From positions 12,834,001-12,898,000 of the forward strand of contig NC_134025.1 in assembly GCF_964204645.1 (NCBI RefSeq): a stretch of DNA of 64,000 nt, in the 5' to 3' direction. Numbering within the stretch: position 1 is the stretch's first letter; the number at the start of each line of letters is the position of its first letter. Shown here one piece after another: positions 62,801 through 64,000 of the stretch. Both the position numbers and the translations under genes were made by a program. The notes under the pieces are model-generated. The model was given only the letters and a program-made list of their open reading frames with translations. It did no database searches and was not told the DNA's origin. The stretch comes from Tubulanus polymorphus (taxonomy: Eukaryota; Animalia; Nemertea).

Positions 62801-63297
62801 TTCAACCATGGAGGCAATGAAGTTGCAGACCAGCTTAGAGGCATAAGTGAATCGAAGTCGGTCACAAGTTGACACTTTTTTTTTAATTAGACCAGTCGAA
62901 GACTGTATCATCTACCCAATCACCAAATCTCATAATTCCCCAAATTTCTTAAAACTTCGATTTCAAATTTGCAATTCCACATTAGCTTATCCCAGAAATT
63001 CTACATTTTTTCGCAGGCATCAAATAATTTATTAAAGTTAATTTTCTTGTTAAATTTCTGCCCACAGTCATTAAGTCCATCCTAACAATTCCACATTCAA
63101 ATGCTGAATCAGAAAGATTATTCAGCATGGTTCGTAAAAATAAAGTAGACGTTAGAAAGTCAATGAATGTTTCAACTTTGCAGTCTATCTTACAAGTAAA
63201 GGTAAACATGGATGGCCACTTTTACGAAAGAGAGTTCGATGGAAAAATGATTAAGAAAGCCAGGTCATGTTCGTATGAGAAAAAGAAAGCCACTTAA
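59851..63297 (+). pseudogene. hAT transposase with one intron, frameshifts and an insertion
   Basis: CKVC..DF..HGG..D...H, FPDSKIAK, ACDGS, SDNCNVM.G, CPCHL.HL, TRWLS; intron 60986-61230. QPVF|KFLP...IPHSNAESERLFS rejoins across 61907-63051. Confidence 0.9.
61907..63051 (+). mobile_element. HINE-type family B, copy 2
   Basis: Near-identical to 2631-3770 with the same ends; interrupts the hAT frame at a T-run. Confidence 0.7.
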
Positions 63298-64000
63298 TTT
63301 GCTATATTACTCAACCATTACTATCAAGTGTGACAACTGACAAAAAAGTTGCAACTTGTTTATTTCTGTTATGAATTTCTTAAGATTAAAGAGTTCACAG
63401 GCTACTTTTGATTTTACTTAGCTTGGGCACTTGGTATTAACCATACTGTGCTTGTTGAAGTATATATATATAGTTAATTCTTTTTTAAACATTTTAGTTC
63501 GAGTTAATTATATATTGTTTTAAGGCAAAACGATAATCTTGACAAAGAATAAAAACGTCTTATTTTCTTGTTAAAAACATGTATCTTTTTATGTCTTTTA
63601 TTTATTTGTGATTCCTGAAAACCGGTCCATTTTCCTGAAAATCATACTTTTATTCCTGAAAATGATTTTCAAAGGTTGGAGGGTCTGGGACCGTTCATTA
63701 AGTACGCACGCAAGTCCTAGGTAGGACCTCAATGGCAAAAGCGTACGATCCGCATACAAAGCTAGGTAGCTATTAACACAAAGCGTACTTACTTAAAAAA
63801 TCAAAGTGCTCTAATTGTTGTAGTAGCCTGGCTGCTCATCTGTAGGTATTAGTTCAGCCATGAGTCTGGAACAATATGGTGAATCCATTACACTTTTTAA
63901 AAGGCAGCATCCTAGTAAATCCCTTCAAGAGGAACAAGCTTTATGGTGTGATAGTTAAAGTCTCAAATAATAGAATTTATTTGTACTATAATAAAACAGA

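Larger units (their letters stand above)
57985..63687 (+). mobile_element. hAT DNA transposon with apparent 6-bp TSD
   Basis: TIRs CAGACCCTTCAACCCTT / AAAGGTTGGAGGGTCTG; GGACCG on both flanks; TTCCGGA/TTCCTGAAA subterminal repeats. Confidence 0.9.

Noticed and set aside
265-63209. Many 60-135 aa ORFs in the track (e.g. 265-474, 10632-11012, 16554-16931, 30939-31286, 52747-53148, 54578-54964)
   Set aside because: They are antisense or alternate-frame shadows of TE genes, or chance ORFs in repeats, with no recognisable motifs.

Overview
Eukaryotic DNA, most likely a marine bilaterian invertebrate (inferred from the TE families). Almost all of it is nested, mostly decayed mobile elements; I can support no ordinary host gene. 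Left to right: (1) an AT-rich Polinton/adintovirus-like element (pPolB, penton-like and membrane ORFs) ending in a 269-bp fold-back; (2) a Gypsy-type LTR element whose LTR holds a Harbinger (itself holding an ISL2EU) and an RTEX-like LINE (holding a KolobokP-like fragment); (3) a second Harbinger holding a Helentron-derived HINE that holds a pogo element; (4) Kolobok/Mutator-like, Gypsy and ISL2EU debris; (5) a decayed Helentron (2A motif, C76-like protease, Rep, RPA-like gene) split by a solo LTR and abutting a second HINE copy; (6) a second Gypsy remnant; (7) a hAT with an apparent 6-bp TSD. The strongest leads: a poxvirus-like two-class promoter pattern before seven genes of the Polinton-like element (possible helper-dependent virus); an ISL2EU whose two head-to-head genes seem to be spliced from donors in the opposite TIRs; a 2A motif in the Helentron; and CTCF-like motifs repeated every 154 bp in the HINE. 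Family calls come from motif recognition by eye, not database searches.
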